Source of the DNA: Bdellovibrionales bacterium
Lineage (GTDB): Bacteria; Bdellovibrionota; Bdellovibrionia; Bdellovibrionales; JAUICD01
Assembly: GCA_965197425.1 (NCBI GenBank)
Contig: CBDANC010000012.1
Coordinates: 96,001-160,000, forward strand
Length of the DNA stretch: 64,000 bases
Direction: 5' to 3'
Numbering within the stretch: position 1 is the first letter of the stretch; the number at the start of each line of letters is the position of its first letter. A program made the translations under genes and the position numbers. The notes under the pieces were generated by a model. The model saw only the letters and a list, made by a program, of their open reading frames with translations, was not told the origin of the DNA and searched no databases. This document shows, one piece after another, positions 50,858 to 61,179 of the stretch.

Positions 50858-51406
50858 CTAGATCGTCATTAGCTCTTTTTCTTTTTTCTGGTACAGATCA
50901 TCAATTATTTTTATAAACTCATCTGTGAGTTCCTGTTGCTTGCTTTGCATAGTATGGCCTTCGTCTTCACTCAAACTTTTATCCTTTATGCTGGCTTTTA
51001 TTTTTTCATTAGCATCTCTTCTATACTGTCTAATTTTAATTTTTGAATCCTCAACCATCTTACCAACTTGTTTAACTATCTCTTGTCTCCTGTCTTCGGT
51101 AAGGTTAGGTAGCTTTAAGCGTATGACCTTTCCATCGTTTATTGGAGCTATAGAAAGGTTACTGCTCACAATAGCAGCCTCAATATCCTTCAATGCGGAT
51201 TTTTCCCAAGGAGTTATTAAAAAAGACTTTGGATCTGGGCAAGTTATATTAGCCACCTGATTTAAAGGAGTGGGAGATCCATAGTAATTTACCGTAATAC
51301 CATCCAACATACTAACTGTAGCCTTCCCAGTTCTGACTTTAGACATCTTGGTTTTAAGATTATCTACTACAGATTGCATCAACGACTTAGTTTCAGACTC
51401 TAACAT
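50858..51406 (-). CDS. frr: Ribosome recycling factor
   Basis: VRTGKA, YYGSPTPLNQVA, LTEDRR. Confidence 0.96.
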   Translation of the reverse strand: MLESETKSLMQSVVDNLKTKMSKVRTGKATVSMLDGITVNYYGSPTPLNQVANITCPDPKSFLITPWEKSALKDIEAAIVSSNLSIAPINDGKVIRLKLPNLTEDRRQEIVKQVGKMVEDSKIKIRQYRRDANEKIKASIKDKSLSEDEGHTMQSKQQELTDEFIKIIDDLYQKKEKELMTI

Positions 51407-51435
51407 TACACTCTACTCCCTTTCATCTTGACCTC

Positions 51436-52155
51436 TTACTTTATAATTGTACCTAAGGACTCCCCTTTTAACACTCTAGCAATATTACCCTTTTGTTTTA
51501 TGTTAAAAATAATAATGGGAAGTTTGTTATCCATACAAAGTGTAATAGCAGTGGCATCCATTACCTTTAGCCCCTGCTTAACCACATAGTCATGTGATAT
51601 CTCTTTGTACATTTTTGAATTTTTATCTTTGAGTGGATCTTTGTCATATATACCATCAACTTTAGTACCTTTTAAAACTACATCTGCACCAATCTCCATA
51701 GCTCTCAGAGATGCTGCAGTATCTGTACTAAAATATGGATTCCCGGTGCCAGCAGCGAATAACACAATTCTGCCCTTTTCTAAATGTCTGATAGCCCTTC
51801 TTCTAATATAAGGTTCTGATATTTCTGTCATGGTAATAGCTGATTGAATACGAGTTTGAATACCCTTGCTCTCTAAGGAACTTTGTATTGCAATGGCATT
51901 TATACAAGTGCCCACCATACCCATGTAATCAGCATCAACTTGATTCATTCCAGTGTGAGAAATAGTGCGGCCCCTACAAATATTGCCACCACCTATAACC
52001 ACTGCAATTTGTACACCTAAATTGTAAGCTTCTATGATATCATCAGTGATTTTTGACAAAATTTTATCATCGATAACATGAGCACCGCCATCAGCTAAAA
52101 TCTCACCACTTACCTTTAACAAAATCCTTTTATAACTTGCCAAAATTAACTCCAA
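51436..52155 (-). CDS. pyrH: UMP kinase
   Basis: [21 protein letters not shown]. Confidence 0.97.
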   Translation of the reverse strand: MELILASYKRILLKVSGEILADGGAHVIDDKILSKITDDIIEAYNLGVQIAVVIGGGNICRGRTISHTGMNQVDADYMGMVGTCINAIAIQSSLESKGIQTRIQSAITMTEISEPYIRRRAIRHLEKGRIVLFAAGTGNPYFSTDTAASLRAMEIGADVVLKGTKVDGIYDKDPLKDKNSKMYKEISHDYVVKQGLKVMDATAITLCMDNKLPIIIFNIKQKGNIARVLKGESLGTIIK

Positions 52156-52244
52156 TACTGATTAAGCATTGCAACCAAACTAGCAGAGCTAGTTTTTTGT
52201 CACATTCTTTTAAAATCTTTAAACCAATCGTTAAGTCCTAACTT

Positions 52245-52850
52245 TTACTCACAGGCTTGTCCTTCTCCTAACTCATAACGAACAAATCTTTTAATCACTA
52301 CATTTTCGCCCAGCTTTCCAACAGTTTCTGTCAAAACATCTTTGCAAGTTATGTTAGAATCTTTCACATAAGGTTGGCTTAATAAGCTTTGGCTAGCCTT
52401 CCACTTACTTATTTGACCTTCTATTATTTTATCCAAAATTTCAGGTTTTTTTCCTTCATCTATAGCTCTGGCTTTTAAAATTTTTCGCTCTTCTTCTATA
52501 AGTTCTGTGGGTAAGTCATCTTCCGATACAACCAAAGGATTCATAGCAGCTATTTGCATTGCTACATCTTTTACAAAATTTTGGAACACATCATTTTTTG
52601 CCACAAAGTCAGTCTCAGAGTTAATCTCTACCATCACACCAATTCTACCTTCGCCATGAACATAGGTTCCAATCATACCTTCGTTAGCAACTCTTGTGGC
52701 CTTTTTAACAGCAGAAGCTAGATTTTTTTTACGAAGCCAAGCTATGGCTTCCTTCTGATCACCTTTAAATTTGGCCAAAGCCTGCTTACAGTCCATTATG
52801 CCAGCACCAGTGAGCAGCCTTAAATTTTTCACACTTTCAGCTGTAATCAT
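52245..52850 (-). CDS. tsf: Elongation factor Ts (short form)
   Basis: TGAGIMDCK, SETDFVA. Confidence 0.97.
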   Translation of the reverse strand: MITAESVKNLRLLTGAGIMDCKQALAKFKGDQKEAIAWLRKKNLASAVKKATRVANEGMIGTYVHGEGRIGVMVEINSETDFVAKNDVFQNFVKDVAMQIAAMNPLVVSEDDLPTELIEEERKILKARAIDEGKKPEILDKIIEGQISKWKASQSLLSQPYVKDSNITCKDVLTETVGKLGENVVIKRFVRYELGEGQACE

Positions 52851-53776
52851 GAGTCTTTCTCTTTGTCTTTACCTTTCTCTTTCTCTTTGTCTTTGTCTGT
52901 ATCCTGATTATTTAAATCATCAGATTCTGTATCGCTAGGTTCTGTCTTCTCTTTATCCAGCTCTAACTTAATCTCAACATCATCAGCAGTTCCAGCTGCT
53001 ACCAATCTTCTAGACATTTTCATAACTGTAGGACCTGATTTTTCTACTTTCTTTTCTACCTTTTCTTCTGTTTCTACCATAGCCTTTTGCTTATCCCAGA
53101 TCTTACTACCTTCGTTATAGGCTTCAGCTATAAGATTTGAAAATAGCTTAATGGACCTAATAGCATCATCGTTACCAGGAATAGGATAAGGTACTTGCCC
53201 AGGGTCGGTGTTAGTATCAGCAATAGCAATAACAGGTATTCCCACTTTATTAGACTCGGCCACAGCTATATGTTCTTTTTTTAGATCAACTACAAATACC
53301 GCTCCAGGAGGCTCCTTCATGTCACGAATACCAGATAAGTACTCTTCCAAACGATCAAACTCCTTAGTAACAGAAGCCATTTCTTTTTTACTCAGGTGTT
53401 CAAATTCACCTTTTTCTTTCATTATCTCAAGCTTTCTAAGGCGATCTATGCTGGCCTTTATGGTTACAAAGTTAGTGATAGTACCACCAAGCCAACGCTT
53501 AATTACATAAAATTGACCACAGGATAATGCTGCTTCTTTTATAACCTTAACTGATTGCTTTTTAGTGCCTACAAAAATCATTCTCTTGCCTTGAGAAGCA
53601 ATGTCTTTTACAAAATCCAAAGCAACTTTTGTAGCTACAACAGTCTTCTGCAAATCTATAATATGAATACCATCTTTAGTGCTATGAACATAGGGCTTAA
53701 TCCTAGGATTCCACCTCTCAGTCTGATGTCCAAAATGAACACCAGCATCCATCATCTCCTTGATACTAACCCTCAT
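52847..53776 (-). CDS. rpsB: 30S ribosomal protein S2
   Basis: AGVHFGH, RWLGG, IPGNDDAIRS. Confidence 0.98.
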   Translation of the reverse strand: MRVSIKEMMDAGVHFGHQTERWNPRIKPYVHSTKDGIHIIDLQKTVVATKVALDFVKDIASQGKRMIFVGTKKQSVKVIKEAALSCGQFYVIKRWLGGTITNFVTIKASIDRLRKLEIMKEKGEFEHLSKKEMASVTKEFDRLEEYLSGIRDMKEPPGAVFVVDLKKEHIAVAESNKVGIPVIAIADTNTDPGQVPYPIPGNDDAIRSIKLFSNLIAEAYNEGSKIWDKQKAMVETEEKVEKKVEKSGPTVMKMSRRLVAAGTADDVEIKLELDKEKTEPSDTESDDLNNQDTDKDKEKEKGKDKEKDS

Positions 53777-53867
53777 ATTACTAAAGCCTCCTCAGATATG
53801 TTTTTGCTGTTAATTTCCAATCAAACTGTATAGCTTACTTTTTCCAATTTTCCAACCCCAACACTTA

Positions 53868-54336
53868 AAAGGCCAATGAAAAAACTGGCAAACCAACCAT
53901 CAGGGAGGTTCTTTCCGCTGAAGGTGAGCCTAATGAGGCTAATAAGATGGACTGGTGTAATGCAGGACGAAGTCCAAATGAAACCAAAACATCTTTTAGC
54001 CGAGTGGTTGCTTCTTGGTCTGACTAAGGCTAACACCAACATTACCCTCGCCACCACCAAAAATTGGCTGAGCCTTTGAGATTGGGATTCTAAGTGACCG
54101 TGTCAAAACGCTGAGCAACCACTCGGCTAAAAAACCGACCGCAGGGAGGTTATTTCAATTGGAAAGTATAAAGATTTATCCCGTGAGCCAATTGAACCAA
54201 AGTGAACAAGTCCACTTGTTTTTAACCTCATTGGAAGACCTTTGTAACGGGATCAGCATCGTGTCCAGTGCTGGGCAACCACTCGGCAAAATAAGTAGGC
54301 ATAGCCTCCTTATTTTTGCCTCGTTCGGAAGACCTT
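53868..54336 (+). repeat. Family A cluster with 64-bp module (54135-54198), a variant module (53893-53985) and a 19-bp inverted repeat
   Basis: TTTTAGCCGAGTGGTTGCT/AGCAACCACTCGGCTAAAA; ends GGAAGACC at the ssb stop. Confidence 0.92.
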
Positions 54337-54781
54337 AGAATGGGATATCTTCGGTATGTTCAGGAGCAAAATTAGGTTCGGAGTTTACCGCCCCTGCCTT
54401 GGTGTCTGAATCCGTTTTGTCTTGAGCTTGGCTACTAGCTTGAGATCGATCTTGCGAGTTTAGAAAAATTACATTGCTAGCAACGATATCAGTTGAGTAT
54501 TTTTTTACGCCTTGATTATCTTCCCATGATCTTGTTTGAAGTCTTCCTTCTACGTAGACCATTCGGCCTTTTGCCAGGTATTGAGCACAAATCTCAGCTA
54601 ATCTACCCCAAACAACTATTCTGTGCCATTCTGTTCTTTCTTGCATATCGCCGTTTTTATCTTTCCATTGATCACTTGTAGCTACATTAAACTTTGTGAT
54701 TGTTTGACCGCTAGAAGTTTGCATTTTATCCGGGTCTCTTCCCAAATGACCAATGATTGTGACTTTATTTACACCAAACAC
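54335..54781 (-). CDS. ssb: Single-stranded DNA-binding protein
   Basis: VNKV.IIG.LGRDP, TEWHRIV, terminal DIPF. Confidence 0.97.
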   Translation of the reverse strand: MFGVNKVTIIGHLGRDPDKMQTSSGQTITKFNVATSDQWKDKNGDMQERTEWHRIVVWGRLAEICAQYLAKGRMVYVEGRLQTRSWEDNQGVKKYSTDIVASNVIFLNSQDRSQASSQAQDKTDSDTKAGAVNSEPNFAPEHTEDIPF

Positions 54782-54985
54782 CTTAAACCTCCTTTATTCT
54801 CCACCCCTCATCTAAGCAAAATTGAAGTAAGATAATTAAAGTCGATGGGAGTTATTTATCTGCTACACTTACCTACAGCAAGGCCATAATTGTTATATGC
54901 AAAAACTTAAGTCAAGTATGAATTTGACTTACAAATAACTTACAATTTGCTGTATCTAGTTGTATACAGGCGACATTTGGTCTAA

Positions 54986-56518
54986 ATGTTGTGGTTAGTT
55001 TTGGATTTTTTTCTTACCACACCAATTTATTATGTAAATGACAAGCCTCACATAGGGCATGCGTACACTACTATTTTATGCGATGTCCTAGCCAGGTATC
55101 ACAGGTTATTTGATGAAAAAGTATTTTTTCTTACGGGCACAGATGAGCATGGTGCCAAAGTAGCTAAATCAGCAAAAAGTAGAAATCTTTCAGAAACAGA
55201 GCATGTGGATAGCATGGTAGTTAATTTTCAAAAAACATGGAAGGAGCTTGAGATAAAGGAAGATTTTTTTATTAGAACTACCATGGATTTTCATAAAAAA
55301 GCAGTGCAGGCGGCTTTAATGGAGCTTTGGGATAAGGGAGAGATTTATGAAAAGGATTATGAAGGTTGGTATTCTGAGAGTGAAGAGGTCTTCTACCCCA
55401 AAAAGGATTTGGTAGATGGCAAAACTCCTATGGGAAATTCTGTGGAGTTAATAAAGGAAAAAAATTATTTTTTTAAAATGTCCAAATATCAAGATAGGCT
55501 TTTGGGCTACATAGAAAAAAATCCTAAATTCATAATGCCAAACAAAAGAAAAAATGAAATTTTAGGTTTTTTAAAAAAGCCATTAGGGGACTTGAGTATT
55601 AGTCGCCCTAAATCTAGACTGAGTTGGGGAATTGACATACCATTTGACACATCTCATGTAACATATGTTTGGTTTGATGCACTTTTAAATTATGCCACTG
55701 CTGTTGGGTACAAACAAAATAAAGCTAATAATGAGTTTGAAAAAATTTGGCCGCAGGTCTTTCATGTCATAGGCAAGGATATTTTGATGACTCATGCAAT
55801 ATACTGGCCTTGTATGTTAATGGCCTTAGATCTTCCGCTACCTAAAATGATTTTTGCTCATGGCTGGTGGCTTACAGACAGAAAAGAAAAAATGAGCAAG
55901 TCTCGTGGAAAGGTTATAAGTCCATTGGATTTAAAAAATGTAATAGGTGTAGATGGACTTAGATATTTTTTGATGCGTGATATGAGTCTTGGCCAAGATG
56001 CACAGTTTTCGAAAGAGCTTGCAGTAAACAGAGTAAATACAGAACTTTCTAATAACTTAGGAAACCTCTTGAGTAGAACAACAAAACTTATAGAGCAATA
56101 CTTTGATGGAAAACCACCTAAAGGATCTAAGAATGCTAGCCTAGAGCTTGAAGCAAAAGAAGTGGCAAAAAAAGTAAAGGATTCTATTTCTAACCTAAAA
56201 CCAAATGATGCCCTGGAAAACATAGTATCTTTTTTAAACAAGACCAATAAATTTATGGAAGAAGTAAAGCCGTGGAAAATATTAAAAGAGGGTAATATCA
56301 AACTTGGTGCTGAATGTTTATACAACTCACTTGAAGTATTGCGTGTGGCTGCTATTTTGCTATCGCCTGTTATGCCATCTAAAACTAAGGAACTACTAGC
56401 TAGAATTGGAGATTATGGAGAGCCAAAATTTGAAGATGCTTGTCGGTGGGGACTTTTGGAAGATAATCCGGTTAAAGTAGGAAGTCCTCTATTTCCTAGA
56501 ATAAAGGAAGATATATAG
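54986..56518 (+). CDS. metG: Methionine--tRNA ligase (short MetRS1 type)
   Basis: PHIGHAY, GTDEHG, YVWFDAL, KMSKS. Confidence 0.97.
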   Translation: MLWLVLDFFLTTPIYYVNDKPHIGHAYTTILCDVLARYHRLFDEKVFFLTGTDEHGAKVAKSAKSRNLSETEHVDSMVVNFQKTWKELEIKEDFFIRTTMDFHKKAVQAALMELWDKGEIYEKDYEGWYSESEEVFYPKKDLVDGKTPMGNSVELIKEKNYFFKMSKYQDRLLGYIEKNPKFIMPNKRKNEILGFLKKPLGDLSISRPKSRLSWGIDIPFDTSHVTYVWFDALLNYATAVGYKQNKANNEFEKIWPQVFHVIGKDILMTHAIYWPCMLMALDLPLPKMIFAHGWWLTDRKEKMSKSRGKVISPLDLKNVIGVDGLRYFLMRDMSLGQDAQFSKELAVNRVNTELSNNLGNLLSRTTKLIEQYFDGKPPKGSKNASLELEAKEVAKKVKDSISNLKPNDALENIVSFLNKTNKFMEEVKPWKILKEGNIKLGAECLYNSLEVLRVAAILLSPVMPSKTKELLARIGDYGEPKFEDACRWGLLEDNPVKVGSPLFPRIKEDI

Positions 56519-56592
56519 AAACCTACAACTATTTGTTTGTTGAATGACTAGGTTATTTTTGGAATAATCTTTTAGGGAGTGTGGAGCAGTAA

Positions 56593-58470
56593 ATGATTTC
56601 AAATAGATTAGGGTTTACACTTATAGAGTGTCTTATTGCTATGGTTATGATGGTGGTAGTAAGCTTTTCGATTTCCTACATGAACTACACCTCTAAGATG
56701 GACAAAAAAGCTACTGGAATATCCCTTAACTGTAATCAAATACTCCAAAATACAATGAACCAAATTTCTTCTATTGGAAGGAAGTTGGATTACATAGAAG
56801 TGTATCAATCAGGTGAACTAAAACCTACAGCAGGTAGTGATAAAGAGCTGTATAACTCAGCCTTTATAAAAGAGGATATTGTAAATATCTTAAGGAGGGA
56901 TCAGGACGCCCCTACGATTGTACACCCCCTATTTACAAGTGGTGATTTTGTATGCGGAAATGATCATGCTAGCTTATTTACCGACCTGGATCAGCATGTA
57001 CTAGAAGACCTATGCATTAAGATAGAACAAGAAGTGTGGAACATTGATACAGATGAAAAACATAATACGTGCGGCATTAATACAGCCAATCCGTGTCAAG
57101 ACACTTGTTGTCCTAGACCCAAAGCACTTTGTGAAGTACAGAGTGATAGCACATGTACAACAACATTGGATCCAAAGGACTCAAGCACCCAAACAAATGT
57201 GAGCAGCGAAATACATGTAAACGGCAGATCAGATATAGGTTATAAGGTTAAGCTTTCGCTTGTAGTTCTTTGCGACAATCCGGCAGACCCCACTAAATGC
57301 AACAAAGATCCTGAAAAAGACGAAGATATTGAAATGCAATGTGATATGGATAGGGTTTTCTCCTATGCACCAGATACCATACCAATAAAATTCAAAGAAA
57401 AAATAGAACCCATAGAAGATGAAGGAGATCCAATTAGTGATGACGATTACAAGGCTGATAACAATGTAGAAATACTTACAGTTCCTCCTACAATTGATCC
57501 AGCTTTAAAAAAATATATCTATGGCAAGTCGTATCTTTTTAGAGAAAATATACATGATGATGCCGCCCAATGCGGAGTTTTAGAAGAAATAACACCTGGA
57601 ACTAAAAGACTTTTTAAAGCAACCTTTGAGCTTCTTGAAACTACCGAAGAGTTACTATCTTCAGTTTTTTACTGTAAAATTGATCACAAAGTTTTCCAGT
57701 CCGACTCAGGCAATCCGCCTAAAGCAAACCCTACTACACCCGGTTGGGATCTGAAAGAAGGAGAATGGAAACCATGTGATAATAGTGCAAATAATGTTGG
57801 AGCAATAACAGAGATTAAAGTTTTTGTAGACACAGCTGACAAAGATGACTTTAGGGTTGAATTTTCTTATAAGCCTGAAATTGATGCTGATCATAGAATA
57901 CATCTGGTAGCAGTTGATCCTGCCGGAAATGCATCAGAAATAAAACGAATTAGTTTTGCCAGCAAAAACTGTAAAAAATACTTAAACAACCTCAACGATC
58001 CTTTAGAAAAAATGCATTGTAAAGACAACCCCTATCAATGGTGTGAGAAGATCGATAGGAATCCGTGGGAAGATCTTCAAGATACACCAGACCCATTGAA
58101 TAATTCAGTCAATATTTATGATCATAGAAAAAATGGAGCTAGTTGCAGGTATTATAAAATAGTAGAGAAGGATTATACAACCCCCACAGACACATTGGAT
58201 CCCAATCTATGGAACACGTATGGTTGCAGTATAAGCTCTTGTTGCATCATAGGAAACAGCGGTTGTAGTTGCCCCATCACAACAGAGGATCAATGCAACA
58301 TATACACCTATAGTAGTGTAGCATGCACAGATATGCTTCCTAGGGATGGTTACGTTCGTAAGAGGGGTTGTGAACAACCTAATAGTGGTCAATGCCAGTC
58401 AAAAACTTGCCAAACCAATCCCCCCCATCGGAAGCCAGGTGCACCACCACCACCTACCTGCCCTCTATAA
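56593..58470 (+). CDS. Large Cys-rich prepilin-type protein
   Basis: LGFTLIECLIAM motif, many Cys, AVDPAGN Ig-like end motif. Confidence 0.78.
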   Translation: MISNRLGFTLIECLIAMVMMVVVSFSISYMNYTSKMDKKATGISLNCNQILQNTMNQISSIGRKLDYIEVYQSGELKPTAGSDKELYNSAFIKEDIVNILRRDQDAPTIVHPLFTSGDFVCGNDHASLFTDLDQHVLEDLCIKIEQEVWNIDTDEKHNTCGINTANPCQDTCCPRPKALCEVQSDSTCTTTLDPKDSSTQTNVSSEIHVNGRSDIGYKVKLSLVVLCDNPADPTKCNKDPEKDEDIEMQCDMDRVFSYAPDTIPIKFKEKIEPIEDEGDPISDDDYKADNNVEILTVPPTIDPALKKYIYGKSYLFRENIHDDAAQCGVLEEITPGTKRLFKATFELLETTEELLSSVFYCKIDHKVFQSDSGNPPKANPTTPGWDLKEGEWKPCDNSANNVGAITEIKVFVDTADKDDFRVEFSYKPEIDADHRIHLVAVDPAGNASEIKRISFASKNCKKYLNNLNDPLEKMHCKDNPYQWCEKIDRNPWEDLQDTPDPLNNSVNIYDHRKNGASCRYYKIVEKDYTTPTDTLDPNLWNTYGCSISSCCIIGNSGCSCPITTEDQCNIYTYSSVACTDMLPRDGYVRKRGCEQPNSGQCQSKTCQTNPPHRKPGAPPPPTCPL

Positions 58471-58505
58471 TAGCTTTTAGTGTGGAGCTACAAATGAATG
58501 AAAAA

Positions 58506-58580
58506 TGGATGGGGCAGCAGGATTCGAACCTGCGCATCATGGGATCAAAACCCATTGCCTTACCGCTTGGCCATGCCCCA
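58506..58580 (-). tRNA. tRNA-Gln(TTG)
   Basis: TGGGGCATGGCCAAGCGGTAAGGCAATGGGT-TTG-ATCCCAT...GGTTCGAATCC...CCA cloverleaf. Confidence 0.97.
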
Positions 58581-58654
58581 ATAAAAATAAACTTTCACCT
58601 AAAAAACCAAATTTGTCCATACTTAAAACATGGCCCCAAACACCAGATTTTTTG

Positions 58655-59170
58655 CTAAAAACTTAATACTATTTTTCTAAAATTGGGGTCTTCTACATAA
58701 TCAATACTAACTTCTACCACAGGCATTTTTAAATCAACTTCCTTTAAAAGCCCTGGCCACTCCACTACTATTAACCTACAAATATTTTTATCACCCAACA
58801 AATTTACTACATCCCAAAATCCAGTAGAATCTAAGTCCACCAAACTCTTTAATCTATAAAAATCAAAGTGATCTATGACATAATTTTCAAAAACATAACT
58901 GTTGTGAATAGAAAATGTAGGAGAACTTACCAAACTAAATTTTCCACCACTTAACCTATTAACCAAAAATTTTACAAACTGAGTTTTTCCAGAGCCTAAA
59001 TTACCACTTAATAAAATAACACTACCAAAAGTTAAATTATCACAAAATTTATAAACAACATTCTCTAAACCCTTCAAATCAACTTGCTTTTCCACCACCT
59101 TGCAGGTGGAAGCATTTGATGGCGATTCAACATACATCATATTTTGTACTCCACCGGCCAAATGCCACAC
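58655..59170 (-). CDS. tsaE: t6A ATPase TsaE (true start probably GTG near 59098; first ~24 ORF codons are repeat-derived)
   Basis: GNLGSGKT, SPTF, HFDFYRL, VEW. Confidence 0.93.
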   Translation of the reverse strand: MWHLAGGVQNMMYVESPSNASTCKVVEKQVDLKGLENVVYKFCDNLTFGSVILLSGNLGSGKTQFVKFLVNRLSGGKFSLVSSPTFSIHNSYVFENYVIDHFDFYRLKSLVDLDSTGFWDVVNLLGDKNICRLIVVEWPGLLKEVDLKMPVVEVSIDYVEDPNFRKIVLSF

Positions 59171-59279
59171 CCGTAGGGTGCCACCTTGCAGGTGGAGGCA
59201 TTTTTAATATTATCTAAAACACACATCATATCTTGTACTCCACCAATTAAACACCTGTGCCGTAGGCACTTGTAAGGCA
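59092..59279 (+). repeat. Family B, two tandem units
   Basis: CCACCT-TGC-AGGTGG twice, CACCC-GTA-GGGTG, GTGCC-GTA-GGCAC; ~59171-59241 differs from ~61078-61148 at 2 positions. Confidence 0.93.
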
Positions 59280-60746
59280 CTAATTTTCTATACTTTTTAA
59301 TATCTTGGGAAGAAGTTTTAAAACATCACTGGCCATCATAGAATTTTTTGAAAATCCCTGTTTTACCCATTCATCTGCAGTTTTGCCATGAACATAAGCT
59401 GCCAAGCCAGCAGCATCCAAAACATCCAAACCTTGTGAAATAAAACCAACAATCATACCAGATAAAACATCACCAGTACCAGCTGTGGCCAACGCAGAAT
59501 TACCAGAGTTAATAATATCTACCCTTTTAGTATTACCAATCAAAGTTCTAAAACCCTTTAATAAAACATTACATCCATACACCTCTGAACATTTTTTAAG
59601 AGCAAGAATCCTATTATTCTCCACTCCCGAAGCACTGCACCCAAGTAAACGAGCCATCTCACCACTGTGAGGAGTCAAAAGCCAACTAGGAGGAAGCTCT
59701 CTAATACCATACCTTGCTAAAACACTTAATCCATCTGCATCTAAAACCACATTTTTTATTCCCTTACTTTTTAAAAAATCAATTAACTCCTTAACCCTTT
59801 CATCTATACCCAAACCAGGGCCTATTGCATATGCCTTGTAATCAACACAAATCTCAGTAACACTTTCAATTTTTGAAGCAATAATATCAGGCGTTTCGGC
59901 CAAAAAACCTTTGGGATCATCAAAGCTATTTAAAAATACATAACCAGAACCAACTCTAAATGCACCACGACTAGCTAAAACCCCAGCACCCCACATACCA
60001 TCTTTACCAGCCACTATACAGGTCTTTCCATTCGAACTCTTGTTGCTATCAAAAGCCCTTTGAGGAAACAAACTGCAAGCAGTTTTTTTATTAAACAAAA
60101 AAGTACTATCAGCAACCTTGTCTACATCAGTATACCCAATATCAACACAAAAAATTTCTCCAGCAAGCCCAGGGCCCTCGCATATATAAAGCCCAGGCTT
60201 AGCTAAACCAAAAGTCAATGTCCACTGAGCTTGTACCGCTTCATTCAAAATTCTACCAGTATCACAATCTAAACCAGAAGGTATATCCACACTAAGCACC
60301 GGAGCAAGAGACTGGTTCATACAAGATATAGCACTAGCATACAAACCATCCACATCTTTACTTAATCCCACACCAAAAATACCATCTAATATAAGACTTG
60401 CCTTATCAAACTTATCTTTAATAGCCTCCGATCTATTAAACTGAACAACATCAATACCCACATCATCCAAATGCTTATTCTTATCTCCCAACAAAATAAC
60501 ACTGACATCTTCAAACCCAGCATCAATCAATAATTTTGCTGCATATAAAGCATCCCCGCCATTATTCCCAGGACCTACCACAACCAAAATAGACTTAATC
60601 TCCAAATAAGAAGAAATTTGATTTTTTATAAATGAAAATAACTCACCCGCAGCCTTCGCCATAAGTTTTTTAGAATCCCCAAGCTCATCAAGCCTCTTGC
60701 ACTCCTCTCTTAAAGCAAGTCTAAACCTAAAATTTTCCCTCATCAT
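59280..60746 (-). CDS. nnr: Bifunctional NAD(P)H-hydrate epimerase/dehydratase
   Basis: GPGNNGGD, DIPSG, LTPHSGE, AGTGDVLSG. Confidence 0.95.
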   Translation of the reverse strand: MMRENFRFRLALREECKRLDELGDSKKLMAKAAGELFSFIKNQISSYLEIKSILVVVGPGNNGGDALYAAKLLIDAGFEDVSVILLGDKNKHLDDVGIDVVQFNRSEAIKDKFDKASLILDGIFGVGLSKDVDGLYASAISCMNQSLAPVLSVDIPSGLDCDTGRILNEAVQAQWTLTFGLAKPGLYICEGPGLAGEIFCVDIGYTDVDKVADSTFLFNKKTACSLFPQRAFDSNKSSNGKTCIVAGKDGMWGAGVLASRGAFRVGSGYVFLNSFDDPKGFLAETPDIIASKIESVTEICVDYKAYAIGPGLGIDERVKELIDFLKSKGIKNVVLDADGLSVLARYGIRELPPSWLLTPHSGEMARLLGCSASGVENNRILALKKCSEVYGCNVLLKGFRTLIGNTKRVDIINSGNSALATAGTGDVLSGMIVGFISQGLDVLDAAGLAAYVHGKTADEWVKQGFSKNSMMASDVLKLLPKILKSIEN

Positions 60747-60751
60747 ACCTC

Positions 60752-61179
60752 ATACTCCACCGACTAAATACCAACCCTACCATAAATTACACCGTATTAT
60801 AAATGTAAGGATTTAGGTGAGTGGCAATAGCTTTTATATAATGGGATCGGCATCAGTGTCCAGAGCTGGGCAACCATCAAGCTAAAAAGTGCCCTGGCTT
60901 CACTTGTACTTTGTACAATCGTTACGTCAGTCCATTTTTTAACTTGATTCGGAAGACCTTGAAAGGTTCAAGCAAAGCGTCCCAGAGTTAATGCTGTTGC
61001 CATGAACCTTATACCATAATGACAAAAAACGGTGAAGCCGAAAGGCTTCGAAAGCCCCCCGCAGGGGAATACTACGCCCGTAGGGCGCCACCTTGCAGGT
61101 GGAGGCATTTTTAATATTATCTAAAACACACATCATATTTTGTACTCCTTCAATTAAAAAATACTACGCCCGTAGGGCG
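60752..61179 (+). repeat. Mixed family B/A/B cluster
   Basis: GGATCGGCATCAGTGTCCAGAGCTGGGCAACC...GGAAGACCTT; GAAGCC-GAAA-GGCTTC; CGCCC-GTA-GGGCG twice. Confidence 0.9.

Noticed and set aside
53929..53985. Hammerhead ribozyme (CTAATGAG...GAAAC)
   Set aside because: The core deviates from CTGATGA, lies within its own hairpin, and stems I and III could not be built.
54243..54336. HDV-like ribozyme (GCTGGGCAAC plus variable hairpin)
   Set aside because: No P1 5' strand or L3 YCC partner for the nested pseudoknot could be found by eye.
56593..58580. tRNA-anchored genomic island
   Set aside because: No integrase and no duplicated tRNA 3' end seen in the window.
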